From: Thermodesulfobacteriota bacterium
Lineage (GTDB): Bacteria; Desulfobacterota; Desulfobacteria; Desulfobacterales; SURF-7
Direction: 5' to 3'
Assembly: GCA_049320885.1 (NCBI GenBank)
Contig: JBMORA010000023.1
Location: 1-21,782 of the forward strand
Length of the DNA: 21,782 bases
The position numbers and the translations under genes were made by a program. The notes beneath the pieces were generated by a model. The model was not told the origin of the DNA. It saw nothing but the letters and a program-made list of their open reading frames with translations, and searched no databases. Of this stretch, positions 1 to 10,298 are shown piece after piece. Each line of letters starts with the position of its first letter. The stretch's first letter is position 1.

Positions 1-100
1 TTTCAATCAATCCCAATCGGGATTGACGGGGTTGTAAAAACAGGCTTTTTGCCAGAATTGCAAGTTGAATGGGTAGTTATTTTATAAGTATAAGTAATCA

Positions 101-1042
101 TTAATCAGTTAACCGGACAGCAGTGATTTTTTTTAATATTCCGAGTTTTGACATGATGGCGTTAAGATAGCTTTTTATAGGTGATGGGTTTTTTGTTTTC
201 AAATACGTGGAAATTATTTGTAAACTGGATTCGTCCACACGGATGTCTTGAATCAACTGCAATCCACGGTATTCGGAAGCCAACACGGAAGAAGTGAATA
301 TATCTTCCTGGGAACAGTGAACTCCGCTGCCATCAAAGCCGATGTTCCGTGTAAAGGAAATTGACGGGAAAAGGGTCAGGCCGTTCAATAAAAAAACCGA
401 CAGATACCAGCCGATGTCCCAGGTATTGATTTCGCCTTTTAATTGAGCTTCCAGCATGCGAACAAAAGGGTAGCTATTGTTGATATTAAATTTTTTTTGA
501 AGCTGTTTGGACCGTTTCAGCTTTTCATGGCCGGACAGGGCCGGGTCGAAATGTTTCCAGGCCCTCTGCCAGGTCGCCCATCCCCAGATGGAGGTGAATG
601 GCAACAACAAGGTATCTTCATTACGCTTCAGTGCCACCGGAAACATATATCCTGAAATCTGCATGATTATTTCTTCATTTTGATAACCATGCAGTGCCTC
701 ATTCATGAATCGGAGAAAGAAGGGTGACGTGACAATGTCGTCTTCCAGGATGATGACTTTTCCATATTGGTTTACAATTTCAGTGATACCGGTGATGATT
801 GAATTAGCCAGACCGTAATTGCGCTCACGTTCAATCAGGTGAATTTTTTTAAATCCATCAATGGAGTGGATATATTGCCGGACGGCCATTACTGAAATTT
901 CAGCTTCAGGTGTTTTGGGCCCATCTGAAAAAATGAAAAGCTCGCTTTCATCGGCAAGCGCATTGCGTTGGAGCGCTTCAACTGTTTGTCTCGTATGTTT
1001 CGGACGGTTGTAAACAAATAAGATGATAGGGGTTAAATCCAT
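101..1042 (-). CDS. GT-A fold (GT2-like) glycosyltransferase
   Basis: 313-aa ORF; N-terminal PIILFVYNRP, FSDGPK and ILEDD (DxD-type) motifs; last gene of the glycan cluster in this window. Confidence 0.85.
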   Translation of the reverse strand: MDLTPIILFVYNRPKHTRQTVEALQRNALADESELFIFSDGPKTPEAEISVMAVRQYIHSIDGFKKIHLIERERNYGLANSIITGITEIVNQYGKVIILEDDIVTSPFFLRFMNEALHGYQNEEIIMQISGYMFPVALKRNEDTLLLPFTSIWGWATWQRAWKHFDPALSGHEKLKRSKQLQKKFNINNSYPFVRMLEAQLKGEINTWDIGWYLSVFLLNGLTLFPSISFTRNIGFDGSGVHCSQEDIFTSSVLASEYRGLQLIQDIRVDESSLQIISTYLKTKNPSPIKSYLNAIMSKLGILKKITAVRLTD

Positions 1043-1063
1043 ATTGAACAGAAAAATTAAAGT

Positions 1064-2023
1064 TTAAATAACTTTAGATAATTTATTGTTATTCTTTTCC
1101 TTTAATATTTTTATTCCATGGGCACAAGCTCCTATAGAATAAAAAAGTGGCATGAAAGTATCTATAATCATATTTTGAAGGTAATAGTCTGACCGCAATA
1201 ATTGGATGGAATTTTTTATTATCATTATGAAAAACAATAAAATAGCGTGTCGGAGATGCTTATAAATCAATCGAACAGATGGAACAATATCGAATGTATC
1301 CCATGAATCCCTTCCATTTGCGTAGTTTGATTTAAGAAACCATAAGACTTTCATTTTGTATGTTACAACAGCATGTTCAATTAGCAATTCCGGATCAAAA
1401 CCTATCTTGTATCGCGCACTCCGCAATTTGTTTTGGAGAAAGGTCTCTTCACCGTAAGCTAGTTTATTGCCTTTCATTCCAAGTTCACTCTTAAATCCAT
1501 TATATTTTTCCAATATGATTTTTTTAAATACACAGTTTCCACCATCCATGTAGAGATGGTTTGGTAATTCGCCAATGCATTTCATTTTGTATTGATTAGA
1601 TCCGTAATGATCTTTATACCATTTGGGGCGACCGAATTTGTACCAAGGAAGATAAACTCCCCCAAAACAATCAAAATCATAATTGTTGATGACATGGAGA
1701 ATCCGCTCCACGTAATTCGGAAAAGCGCGGGCATCGTCGTCCAAATAAGCAACCCAGGGTGCCCTGGCCTCTTGATAACCGCGGTTGCGGGCATGGCTCA
1801 AGCCCTGTCTATGTTCGAAAACGGAACGGATGCAGGGAAAGGATTGATTGTAATGGGCCACGACTTCGGCTGTGTTGTCGTTTGAGTTGTTATCGATGAC
1901 GATAATTTCGATTTGAGCGGCCACCACCATCTGGCGGATCAAGGAATCAAGCAATTCCGCCAGAAAGCCGGCTCGGTTATAGGTACAAATTATAATCGAA
2001 AGCGATGGAATCTGCATGCTCAT
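1064..2023 (-). CDS. Family 2 glycosyltransferase
   Basis: LSIIICTYNR, VIDNNSND, GLSHARNRG and YLDDD motifs typical of GT2; start could be Met1 or Met3. Confidence 0.9.
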   Translation of the reverse strand: MSMQIPSLSIIICTYNRAGFLAELLDSLIRQMVVAAQIEIIVIDNNSNDNTAEVVAHYNQSFPCIRSVFEHRQGLSHARNRGYQEARAPWVAYLDDDARAFPNYVERILHVINNYDFDCFGGVYLPWYKFGRPKWYKDHYGSNQYKMKCIGELPNHLYMDGGNCVFKKIILEKYNGFKSELGMKGNKLAYGEETFLQNKLRSARYKIGFDPELLIEHAVVTYKMKVLWFLKSNYANGRDSWDTFDIVPSVRLIYKHLRHAILLFFIMIIKNSIQLLRSDYYLQNMIIDTFMPLFYSIGACAHGIKILKEKNNNKLSKVI

Positions 2024-2027
2024 TTTT

Positions 2028-3017
2028 TCAAAACATCGGGTGGGAGTTTTTTGAAAGGAAACCTCCTGCCTGTCGAATGGATCCTAATGCCTCGCCCAGT
2101 TTCCAGGCGGTTTCGAGCAGGCTGTTTTCCAATCGCGATCTCACATTACCAAGAGAGCTTTTTCGCGCACGGATGATGTTCAGAGAATCCGGCCGACTCA
2201 ATTGCGCATGGCCTCTGCAGACCGAGTATATTCTTCCCAGCCATATACCGGCTTTGATGGATTCCCCTATTCCTTTCCTAAGCGTCCGTAAAGATATCCG
2301 GCGGTGTAGGAGAATTTCATCCGGCCGGGGCTCGATGCCGATGCGGCGAAGCATCCTGGTCCTTACCATATCTGCAAAAGTCGTCTGTATCCCCGTTGCT
2401 GCCGGAGCGGTGTTCTTTTCATGAAGGCGATAGGAAAGCAATGCCTCCGGGATATTGGCAAGTCGGGTTACTGCCGAAAGTCGTTCCCAGAGATCATAGT
2501 CCTGGGATTTCGTAAAGGTCTCATCGTACTTCAGGCCGACAAGTGCATGTTTACGCATCATAACGGTGGGATGCAGCAAGGGCGAGTTGAAGATCAATTC
2601 TGCCCGGATTGCCTCATCTGACAACGGCATGGTCCAGGTCTCGTCCCGGCCGATAATGTTCGCAAAGGTTCCGCAAGCGCCGATTTTAGGACGGTTTTCC
2701 AGGAACTGTACCTGCTTTTCTATCCGGTACGGGTGTGAGATATCGTCGGCATCCATGCGGGCTATGAAATTCCCTCGGCAAATGTCTATGCCTCGGTTCA
2801 AAGCCTTGGCAATACCCTGCCGGTGGTTTTGATAAAGAACACGGATACGGGTGTCGCCCCAACTGGTAACGATTTCCATGGATTTGTCGGTGGAAGCGTC
2901 ATCAATAACAATCAGTTCAAAATCGGTATATCGCTGATTCAGAATGCTTGCCAAGGCCTCGGGTAGAAATGTCTCGGTGTTATAAACGGGCATCAGCACG
3001 GAGACATGCGGGGTCAT
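2028..3017 (-). CDS. Family 2 glycosyltransferase
   Basis: VSVLMPVYN, IDDASTD, ARMDADD and SQDYDLW motifs; ATG overlaps the asnB stop (ATGA coupling). Confidence 0.9.
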   Translation of the reverse strand: MTPHVSVLMPVYNTETFLPEALASILNQRYTDFELIVIDDASTDKSMEIVTSWGDTRIRVLYQNHRQGIAKALNRGIDICRGNFIARMDADDISHPYRIEKQVQFLENRPKIGACGTFANIIGRDETWTMPLSDEAIRAELIFNSPLLHPTVMMRKHALVGLKYDETFTKSQDYDLWERLSAVTRLANIPEALLSYRLHEKNTAPAATGIQTTFADMVRTRMLRRIGIEPRPDEILLHRRISLRTLRKGIGESIKAGIWLGRIYSVCRGHAQLSRPDSLNIIRARKSSLGNVRSRLENSLLETAWKLGEALGSIRQAGGFLSKNSHPMF

Positions 3018-4789
3018 CGGCGCTCCTGAAAGCGAATGCTTCTATTTTCAAACCAGATGGCGAAGACCAGGAGACTCCAGGTTTTCTGGGAATCCTCGGC
3101 GGCGAACCGGGTGATGGCATCTGCATCCAAATAACTGTAAATTTTCCTATTTTTGTCAAGTAGATACCGCTTTTTAACCTCTTCCACGCTTTTCCTTTTC
3201 AACCACTGGGGAACCGGAGCCCCAAATCCTTGCTTGCCTCGCTGGCGGATGGCATCGGTCCATTTGGATGCATATGCTTTTCGTAGAATAATCTTGTCCG
3301 AGTGCCGGTCGATTTTCAAGGCCCCGGGGAGAGATATGATAAAGGCGGCAAGATCCGCATCCAGAAATGGCGCCCTCAATTCCAGGGAATTGGCCATGGA
3401 AGCACGGTCCGTTTTCACCAGGATGTCTCCCGGCATATAATTGCAGAGATCCATGGCGAGGGCATCCGTAATATCCCCGGCAGGGGGCTTCGAACACAGG
3501 CAATCATAAACGACTTCATCCGGAACAATTCCAAGCTGATTCAAATCCTGATTGCTGAAATATACCGGTTTATTTGAGTACCTTTTCCGGTAGCGAAGAG
3601 TCCGGGATGTAAACAGGCGAAAGAATCTATCACGAAGCGTCTTCCCGGCCTCCTGTTCCAGCAGCGGCCGATACCACCAGGCATATCCACCAAGCAGCTC
3701 ATCAGCCCCGTCACCGGAGAGTACTACTTTTAGATTGTTCGAGGCCATTTCTGAAATCAGATACGTCGGTATGTTAGAGGAATCCGCCAAGGGTTCATCA
3801 TAGACAGAGTCCATCCGAAGGATCAGTTCGCCGACGTCGACCACTTTGGCGGTCAATTCCTGATGGGAGGTTTGATAACGAGAGGCGATCTGCAAGGCGT
3901 AGGGCAGTTCGCTGACATGATCTTCAAAGCCAAAGGAGAAAGTTCGGAGACCCGGCTTCATTCCGGCCGCAACCGCCACAACCGTGCTGGAATCCAGCCC
4001 GCCGCTAAGGAATGATCCCACCGGTACATCCGCCACCAACTGTTCTTCGACGGCTTTTTCAAACAGATGCCGAAACTCCTCGGCTGCATCCCCCAAACCG
4101 ATAGTCCTGCTGCCTGTCAGCGGAATTTCCCAATATCGCTGAATTGTGGTTTTGTGCGAAGCCTGGTTGTAAACCAGGTTATGGGCAGGCGGCAGGGTAT
4201 GGATGTTGCTGAATATGGTCCGATAAGGGTGAACATACAGATACCGGAAAAAATGCCTTACCGAATCCGTATCGAGGATCGGCTCAATCAATCTGCTGGC
4301 GATAATACCCTTGATTTCAGAACAGAAAATGAACTCGCCGTTTCTGCCGAAGGCATAGAAGAATGGTTTTTCCCCGAACCGATCCCGGGCCGCGAAAAGG
4401 GTTCGTTTGCCCTCATCCCAGATGGCGTAGGAAAACATGCCGCCATGTTTTTGGGGTGTCGCTTGACCATGCTGGTCATACAAGGCTAGCAAAACTTCCG
4501 TATCGCTCGATGTCAAAAACGGATAAGATGTCAGGTTGCGTCGCAGTTTCTGATAACCATAGATTTCTCCGTTGAAAACCACCGAGCGTTTGGTCAGGGC
4601 GCAATCCATAGGTTGGGAGCCGCCTTCGAGATCCACAATGGAAAGGCGGACATGGCCGAGCACACAAGTCGGAAAGGTTTTGATTCCCTCACCATCAGGT
4701 CCTCTGTGGCGGATTGCATCCAGCATGGAACTGACAGCTTGTGTCGCGTTTCTGGGCGTTCCTCCGATAATTCCGGCGATTCCGCACAT
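3014..4789 (-). CDS. asnB: Asparagine synthase (glutamine-hydrolysing)-like amidotransferase, probably amidating a sugar uronate
   Basis: MCGIAG with Ntn catalytic Cys2, HRGPD, FNGEIY, RDRFGEKP, SGGLDSS and SGDGADE motifs; lies within a glycan cluster. Confidence 0.92.
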   Translation of the reverse strand: MCGIAGIIGGTPRNATQAVSSMLDAIRHRGPDGEGIKTFPTCVLGHVRLSIVDLEGGSQPMDCALTKRSVVFNGEIYGYQKLRRNLTSYPFLTSSDTEVLLALYDQHGQATPQKHGGMFSYAIWDEGKRTLFAARDRFGEKPFFYAFGRNGEFIFCSEIKGIIASRLIEPILDTDSVRHFFRYLYVHPYRTIFSNIHTLPPAHNLVYNQASHKTTIQRYWEIPLTGSRTIGLGDAAEEFRHLFEKAVEEQLVADVPVGSFLSGGLDSSTVVAVAAGMKPGLRTFSFGFEDHVSELPYALQIASRYQTSHQELTAKVVDVGELILRMDSVYDEPLADSSNIPTYLISEMASNNLKVVLSGDGADELLGGYAWWYRPLLEQEAGKTLRDRFFRLFTSRTLRYRKRYSNKPVYFSNQDLNQLGIVPDEVVYDCLCSKPPAGDITDALAMDLCNYMPGDILVKTDRASMANSLELRAPFLDADLAAFIISLPGALKIDRHSDKIILRKAYASKWTDAIRQRGKQGFGAPVPQWLKRKSVEEVKKRYLLDKNRKIYSYLDADAITRFAAEDSQKTWSLLVFAIWFENRSIRFQERR

Positions 4790-4901
4790 CAGTTTTTCTC
4801 CCGGGGATTGTCGAGATATTCTATCGCCTTTTTTTTCTCAAAACCGCGTCGCTTCGACAGGGATGCCATTTCAGCTTTGGATGCTCGAAAGCCAGTGGAG
4901 G

Positions 4902-5912
4902 TCATGGTTTGACGCCTTTGAAGGATGTGTCGCCCCACTCGGTTGGACTAATCTCTATAAAACCGGCCGCCTGCATCCATTGCCGCACTTCCTCACCGGT
5001 GTGGGCAGTTGCGATGGCCGGAGTGATTGCATCGAAGGTGTCTAACAGTCGCCAGTGCCGATCCGGTAGTCCGGCTAAGGCAACGATCCAATTTTGCAGT
5101 AGAAAGTCGATGAACCGGCGAAGGCCGAGATGAGGTAGTGTTCTAGCCATGTTGAGCAACGGCGCCAGCAGATATGCGGAAAAATAGGAATACGCCAGCG
5201 CAAACCGATATCCAAGTATCGGTTTGAGCCAAAGGTGCAGCCGGCGGAAATTTTCTACGGAACGAAATCCATACAGACCTTCTTTTGAATACACGGAAAT
5301 TGCGGTCCAGCCGCCGGAGCGAATCGTTTTGGCCAATTCCATCAAGCCTTTTGGGGGATCTGGTGTATGATGGAGAACACCAATGGAATAACCTCCGTCG
5401 AATACACCTGGTTTAAACGGTGGATGGAAAATGTCCGCCTGAACAATGAGTACATCCGGGTCAGCGGCGAAATTTTCCCGTGCCGCATCCGCCGCTTGGG
5501 TCAGTTCCAGACCCACGGCCCGGCCGCCCCTGCTGCGGATGACATCCAGAAATCGTCCTGGTCCGCAGCCGAATTCCACAAAGGTTTTTTTCACTATATC
5601 TTTTGTGCATGTCCTGGTGATTCGTTTCCACATGCGGGTTGTATACCCTTCCATGGGACGGCCGGTATTTTGAGCCTCGAATTGAATGCGCGGCCAACGG
5701 TTCCATTCAAATCCGAAACTGGCGGCATATTTTTCCTGCGAAACAAAACGCGGGATGCCGTTGGTGATCGGATAAAATCGGTCTCGATTTCTGACTACAA
5801 GGCGTCCCTGCAGGATCCTTTCCGGATTGCCGGGGTAAGTTTTCTCGATGACGAGATCGAGCTCTTGTCCTGTTTCGGGGCAGCATAAAAATTCCAGGAA
5901 TTGAATGTGCAT
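4902..5912 (-). CDS. Class I SAM-dependent methyltransferase with N-terminal Trm112-like domain
   Basis: N-terminus FLCCPETGQEL...YPITNGIPRF resembles Trm112/UPF0434; EFGCGPGRF SAM motif I; GVLHHTPDP. Confidence 0.82.
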   Translation of the reverse strand: MHIQFLEFLCCPETGQELDLVIEKTYPGNPERILQGRLVVRNRDRFYPITNGIPRFVSQEKYAASFGFEWNRWPRIQFEAQNTGRPMEGYTTRMWKRITRTCTKDIVKKTFVEFGCGPGRFLDVIRSRGGRAVGLELTQAADAARENFAADPDVLIVQADIFHPPFKPGVFDGGYSIGVLHHTPDPPKGLMELAKTIRSGGWTAISVYSKEGLYGFRSVENFRRLHLWLKPILGYRFALAYSYFSAYLLAPLLNMARTLPHLGLRRFIDFLLQNWIVALAGLPDRHWRLLDTFDAITPAIATAHTGEEVRQWMQAAGFIEISPTEWGDTSFKGVKP

Positions 5913-5915
5913 CCG

Positions 5916-6923
5916 TTAGATTCTCCGAAGGAAAAGGTACATTTCACTACCGTTTTTATGAGTTTTTTTACAGCGCCACTCATCCTGCGCCAGCCATTTC
6001 AATGCCGAGTCAAAGAGCTTTGAAAATGGAAACAAAAAACAAAGAATGGTCAGTTTTAAAAACAGGTATGGATGGTTCGGTGTCTCACGCCATAGTTTTT
6101 CCGTTAAGATTGCAGGCCTGCGGAGCAATGCTATTGCCAGTAAGACCACCAGCCATTGCCTCAGTCGCTGCCTGCTTTTGAGATTGACGGCGAAGTGGGG
6201 ATCGGAAAAATGGTACACGAAAGACGGACCTGCTTCGGTAATCCAATTGATCGCTCCATAATACTGGCCGCTGTAACATTCTTCCTCCAGAGAAAAACCG
6301 TGCTTTCTGAGCAAGGATGCAAGTTCTACGCTGGTCAAACGACGGATGTGTCCTTCATCCTCAAAAAAGAATCGGTTACCTCTTCTGGGATCGATTCCGT
6401 TACGGCGCATGCAGCTGATATCGGACTCGAAGCTGTCTGGATTGCCGCAAGGCAGAATGTGCAGTAGGCAGGCATCAGGTTTGGCATAGGCATCTATTTG
6501 GTGAAGGACTAAAGTAAGATCATTTACATGTTCCAATACATGATGGGTAAAAATGAAATCAAATTTTTTCACTTCGGGCGGTTCGTCTCCTGGTTCGAAA
6601 AACCGGCATTGGGGATAACGTGAACCAGCGTTCTGGATGGCGGTGGCACTGATATCCACTCCATAAACGAGCCAGCTGGCTGGAAGCGCACGGCGAAGAA
6701 CTTCGGTGAAAATGCCGTTTCCGCACCCAAAATCCAGCGCCTCACCCTTTTCCGGCAAGTCTAGGCTACGCACTATCGCGTAAATCCGCTTCTGCCGTTC
6801 GTCCGGCCAGTAATTCATGTAGCCTTTACGATAACGCTGCTCGTAAAAATCGATGTGGGCCTTCGCTTCGTGCAATAGCGGAACCTTGACGGGCTGTTTT
6901 GGTATGATGTTTTCGAAAATCAT
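5916..6923 (-). CDS. Class I SAM-dependent methyltransferase
   Basis: LDFGCGNG motif I, GVDIS motif II, HHVLEHV; ATG at 6923 chosen, frame is open to TTG at 6950. Confidence 0.82.
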   Translation of the reverse strand: MIFENIIPKQPVKVPLLHEAKAHIDFYEQRYRKGYMNYWPDERQKRIYAIVRSLDLPEKGEALDFGCGNGIFTEVLRRALPASWLVYGVDISATAIQNAGSRYPQCRFFEPGDEPPEVKKFDFIFTHHVLEHVNDLTLVLHQIDAYAKPDACLLHILPCGNPDSFESDISCMRRNGIDPRRGNRFFFEDEGHIRRLTSVELASLLRKHGFSLEEECYSGQYYGAINWITEAGPSFVYHFSDPHFAVNLKSRQRLRQWLVVLLAIALLRRPAILTEKLWRETPNHPYLFLKLTILCFLFPFSKLFDSALKWLAQDEWRCKKTHKNGSEMYLFLRRI

Positions 6924-7069
6924 TCTTGATCGAACACTTAGAAAACCCAACCGCAGTTTGATAGAATATAAATGAAAGAAAATGCTTAATGCAAGGGTAT
7001 GGTCTTAAAAAAAATCATGCGGTACCCACAATGACATACCATGACCGTAAAAAACTGTATTATAATTAC

Positions 7070-8023
7070 TTAAATTTTAATCCAGCGATCTGGAATGAGA
7101 TCACGATCACTTCTGGTGATCTCCCGAAATTTCGAAACATCCGATAGCCTTCCGGCTGATCTGATCAGCTCTAGATCCTCGGATGCAATGGCTTCGCTGT
7201 GATACCATTTTCTTGGAGCAAAGACCATTTTCAGCGGATTTTCACATAGCCAGGCTCCCCACCAGCTGTAAGAACTATTGGCAATGATATGATGACGGCA
7301 GTGAGACATGAGGATCAATTCCTCTTCATCTCTGTCGGGTCCGACCGTCTCCACAAAGCAGGCTGGAGATAAAAAATCCATATTATCGCGCACCCAGGAA
7401 ATATCGTCCGAAAAGACAAGAAAAAAGGCTTCCGGGATACGATCCATAATCATTGCGGCAGCCTGCCGATAATAATCCGGAGCACAGGAGGCAAAGGTTG
7501 CTCGGCCTATTGGATTATCAACATAATCCGTGCGACGGACATGAACACTCACGGAAAAGGGAAGGTCTGTTTTTTCCAGCCAGATGCAGTTTTCCGGGGA
7601 GATAGATTTTTTTAGCTGCAACTCTTTCAGCAGGATTGAAGAAATGGAAGAAAAGTATTGCTCACTCTGCCAGTAGCCGGCTAAATATGCATTCTTTGGA
7701 ACTTGAAGTGCTGCCGGGTTAAATACAGGACTCGGATGCTCCAATACCTGACCTAGCCAAAACGGGAAATGGTTTCGAAACCCTTTAAAAACCTTTTGTA
7801 AAGCAGATGGCCAGTTGTCCTTTTTAAAAAAATGAATTTCCGATGGCTCTGCGATGCCGGCGCAGATTCGAAATCGGTCCAGACCGAAGCGACGATAGTT
7901 TTGGGTCTCAAACCAGGAGAGATCCAGTTTGAGCGGCACATTTCTTTCCAGTGCCAATCGCCGCCCGAGGGCGTATTGGAACATCTGGTTACCGAGTCCG
8001 CCGCAGAGATGGGTAATTATCAT
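7070..8023 (-). CDS. Family 11 glycosyltransferase (alpha-1,2-fucosyltransferase-like)
   Basis: GGLGNQMFQYA, GYWQSE, HVRRTDY, FSDD and IIANSSYSWWGAWL GT11 motifs; ATG at 8023 overlaps the upstream stop (ATGA). Confidence 0.92.
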   Translation of the reverse strand: MIITHLCGGLGNQMFQYALGRRLALERNVPLKLDLSWFETQNYRRFGLDRFRICAGIAEPSEIHFFKKDNWPSALQKVFKGFRNHFPFWLGQVLEHPSPVFNPAALQVPKNAYLAGYWQSEQYFSSISSILLKELQLKKSISPENCIWLEKTDLPFSVSVHVRRTDYVDNPIGRATFASCAPDYYRQAAAMIMDRIPEAFFLVFSDDISWVRDNMDFLSPACFVETVGPDRDEEELILMSHCRHHIIANSSYSWWGAWLCENPLKMVFAPRKWYHSEAIASEDLELIRSAGRLSDVSKFREITRSDRDLIPDRWIKI

Positions 8024-8712
8024 TTTTTTCGAGCAAGGATGTGTATGCCGAAACACAGGAATTCACTGGAACCTGCATCTTTCACAGAAAAGCGGCCCAG
8101 GGCGTTGTTGACAATATTCAGGGCTTTGTTTTCCAACCATGTCAAGGAATCTGAAGAATAGCGAATAGCCACGGATGGAAGCCGATACAACTCCTGGGCC
8201 AAATAATCGAAGTAATTTCCGTTTTCCTGGAGGTCCAGGATTTCCAGGTTCAATTTTTCAAACCAGTGTTGGTAAAAATAACGGCTGTAGCCGGTTTGAA
8301 AAAAGTACGGTGCCATATGGGTAAGCGAGGCAAAGGGGGCTGTTAATACCAAAAAGCCACCGGGTCGAAGCAGCCGCGCCAGTTCGCGCAAAGCCTCGTC
8401 AGGACGTGGGACATGTTCAAGCACTTCGATACACATTACCGCGTCAAAAGCACCATCAAGTTCGGGAATCGAAATGATATCCGACACGATATCCAGGCGG
8501 GTCTGATCCCATTTCTCGGTATGCAGTCCGGCGCCATCGCCAGTCCCGTCGTACTGCCCGAAATCCTGACTGACGTACTGCAAATGACTGCAAAATTTCT
8601 TGTATTTCAGCTCCCCAGCGCCTGCATCCAATATCCGCAGGCCAGCGGGGATTTTTTTCAGGGTTTGCTCAAGCCACTTTTCGCGGTTTTCCTGGTTGTA
8701 TGTCAGGTGCAT
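8020..8712 (-). CDS. Class I SAM-dependent methyltransferase (Methyltransf_11-like)
   Basis: ILDAGAGE motif I, EVLEHVP, LLRPGG; ATG at 8712 chosen because it lies just after the upstream stop at 8723. Confidence 0.85.
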   Translation of the reverse strand: MHLTYNQENREKWLEQTLKKIPAGLRILDAGAGELKYKKFCSHLQYVSQDFGQYDGTGDGAGLHTEKWDQTRLDIVSDIISIPELDGAFDAVMCIEVLEHVPRPDEALRELARLLRPGGFLVLTAPFASLTHMAPYFFQTGYSRYFYQHWFEKLNLEILDLQENGNYFDYLAQELYRLPSVAIRYSSDSLTWLENKALNIVNNALGRFSVKDAGSSEFLCFGIHILARKK

Positions 8713-8722
8713 ATTTTTTTCT

Positions 8723-9502
8723 CTATGGTTTTGTGAACCACCAACACCCGCAGCCATAATTCTGCCGGGCGACATGGGACGGATCAGCGTTGATCGAAAA
8801 CTTTCCAATGTCATCGATAAGAGAGAACTGTTTTATTTCAAGATCCGAAAAATATGAAGTGATTTGCTCATTGCTGTATATGCGGTGAGCATTAAATCGA
8901 ATTTTGGGACGTCCAACAGGAACAACGAAGAATAAATTTCCATTTCTTGCCAACACTCGTTTTAGCTCTGCAATGGCTTTCAGATCACCATCCGGGTCAA
9001 GCGGATCGCCGTATCGTCCTAGCCCTATGTGCTCAACAACGTGCATGCAGGAAATAGATTTTATGGTATTATCGTCAAACGGCAGGTTATTCAAATCAGC
9101 TTGTTTTGAATTCATCCCGGTTAAATTCAACTCTGCAGGCCTATAATCGTAAAAATCAACTGGAATAAAAGCAGAGACCATGCTGCAGAAATGGAGTGTT
9201 GAGGAAATATCGACATGCATAGCAGGACGGGTTTGGGCCAATATTCGAGCCGCCCAAGCTGGGTGATATATATAGTGTGAGTCAAAAGATGTATTGGCTT
9301 TATTTTCATTAAATATGGGATAGCGCTCATTCCAGTTCAATTCAAATCTGCGAGTTTCAATATTTTGCAGCATTTTGAATTTGCGATAGTTTTTCCAGAA
9401 ATCAAACCGATTTGAAACTTCTTCAATTAATGAAAATGCAGTCATAAAGATGTTTCTTTTGATTTGTTTAAACAAATATCGGACTGGGAAATTCAATTTC
9501 AT
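8723..9502 (-). CDS. DUF268-like methyltransferase-fold protein
   Basis: HYIYHPAWAAR, HVDISS, SCMHVVEHIGLGRYGDPLDPDGD and FNAHRIY motifs recalled from DUF268 proteins in glycan loci. Confidence 0.75.
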   Translation of the reverse strand: MKLNFPVRYLFKQIKRNIFMTAFSLIEEVSNRFDFWKNYRKFKMLQNIETRRFELNWNERYPIFNENKANTSFDSHYIYHPAWAARILAQTRPAMHVDISSTLHFCSMVSAFIPVDFYDYRPAELNLTGMNSKQADLNNLPFDDNTIKSISCMHVVEHIGLGRYGDPLDPDGDLKAIAELKRVLARNGNLFFVVPVGRPKIRFNAHRIYSNEQITSYFSDLEIKQFSLIDDIGKFSINADPSHVARQNYGCGCWWFTKP

Positions 9503-9505
9503 TTA

Positions 9506-10192
9506 CTACCTGTTCTGCCAAATTTCCTTTTTTACAAAAATCGAATTGATATAGGTGTCGGCATATAATAAGAATCCATTTTCTTTAATGTAATTTATAA
9601 TATCTTCTTCTTTTTTTTCTGACTTGTTTTCTGAATACGTTAAAGTTTCAATGCAAATAACTTTAGGGAAGCATTTGCAAAAATCGATTGCCTTTAAAAT
9701 ATCAAGTTCCAGGCCCTCAACATCTAATGATAAAAAATCGGGAAATATTCCTCTGCAATAATTATTTAAAATAGTTGATAAGGAAATTGTTTTTATTTTA
9801 ATCTTTCTAAGAATTTTTATTGATGTCTCACTTTCTAGCTTATTTGCTTCTTCTTCCGAAAAAGTGTTCATTGATGGCGATGACATCATATAATAATCTT
9901 GCTCTCCATCTTCATTACATACACCGGCACATATATTTGTATCATTAGGTCTATATTTTAAAAATTTATCTAATAGGATAGGGTTTGGTTCAACATTGAT
10001 TCCATTGCTGCCTTTTTTATAGAATAAATAGGTATTATTTATAAAAAAAGGATCATGCGCACCAATATCTAGATAGGTAGGGTTGGCTATTTTTATTGCG
10101 TTAAAAATAAATTCAATTATAAGATCTTCACCACATTGAGAAAATGATATCTTACGAGATTTTTTATCAGGATGGAAAAATTTGTAAGCCAT
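9506..10192 (-). CDS. FkbM family methyltransferase
   Basis: SFSQCGED, YLDIGAHDP, GINVEPNP and LSLDVEGLE motifs; strongly AT-rich coding sequence. Confidence 0.88.
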   Translation of the reverse strand: MAYKFFHPDKKSRKISFSQCGEDLIIEFIFNAIKIANPTYLDIGAHDPFFINNTYLFYKKGSNGINVEPNPILLDKFLKYRPNDTNICAGVCNEDGEQDYYMMSSPSMNTFSEEEANKLESETSIKILRKIKIKTISLSTILNNYCRGIFPDFLSLDVEGLELDILKAIDFCKCFPKVICIETLTYSENKSEKKEEDIINYIKENGFLLYADTYINSIFVKKEIWQNR

Positions 10193-10298
10193 TCAAACAC
10201 TCTTTCCGGTCGATTTTGTTTAAATAATGCTACTATAAAGATGATTGCTTCAGTAAATAATAAAGAATTATTCTATCATTTTACTTATTGATATAAGA

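Noticed and set aside
1..41. TTTCAATC start plus hairpin TCAATCCC-AATC-GGGATTGA resembling a CRISPR repeat (ATTGAAA end on the minus strand) or a terminator
   Set aside because: Single copy cut by the window edge, with no spacers or cas genes and no good U-tract; flanking sequence is needed to decide.
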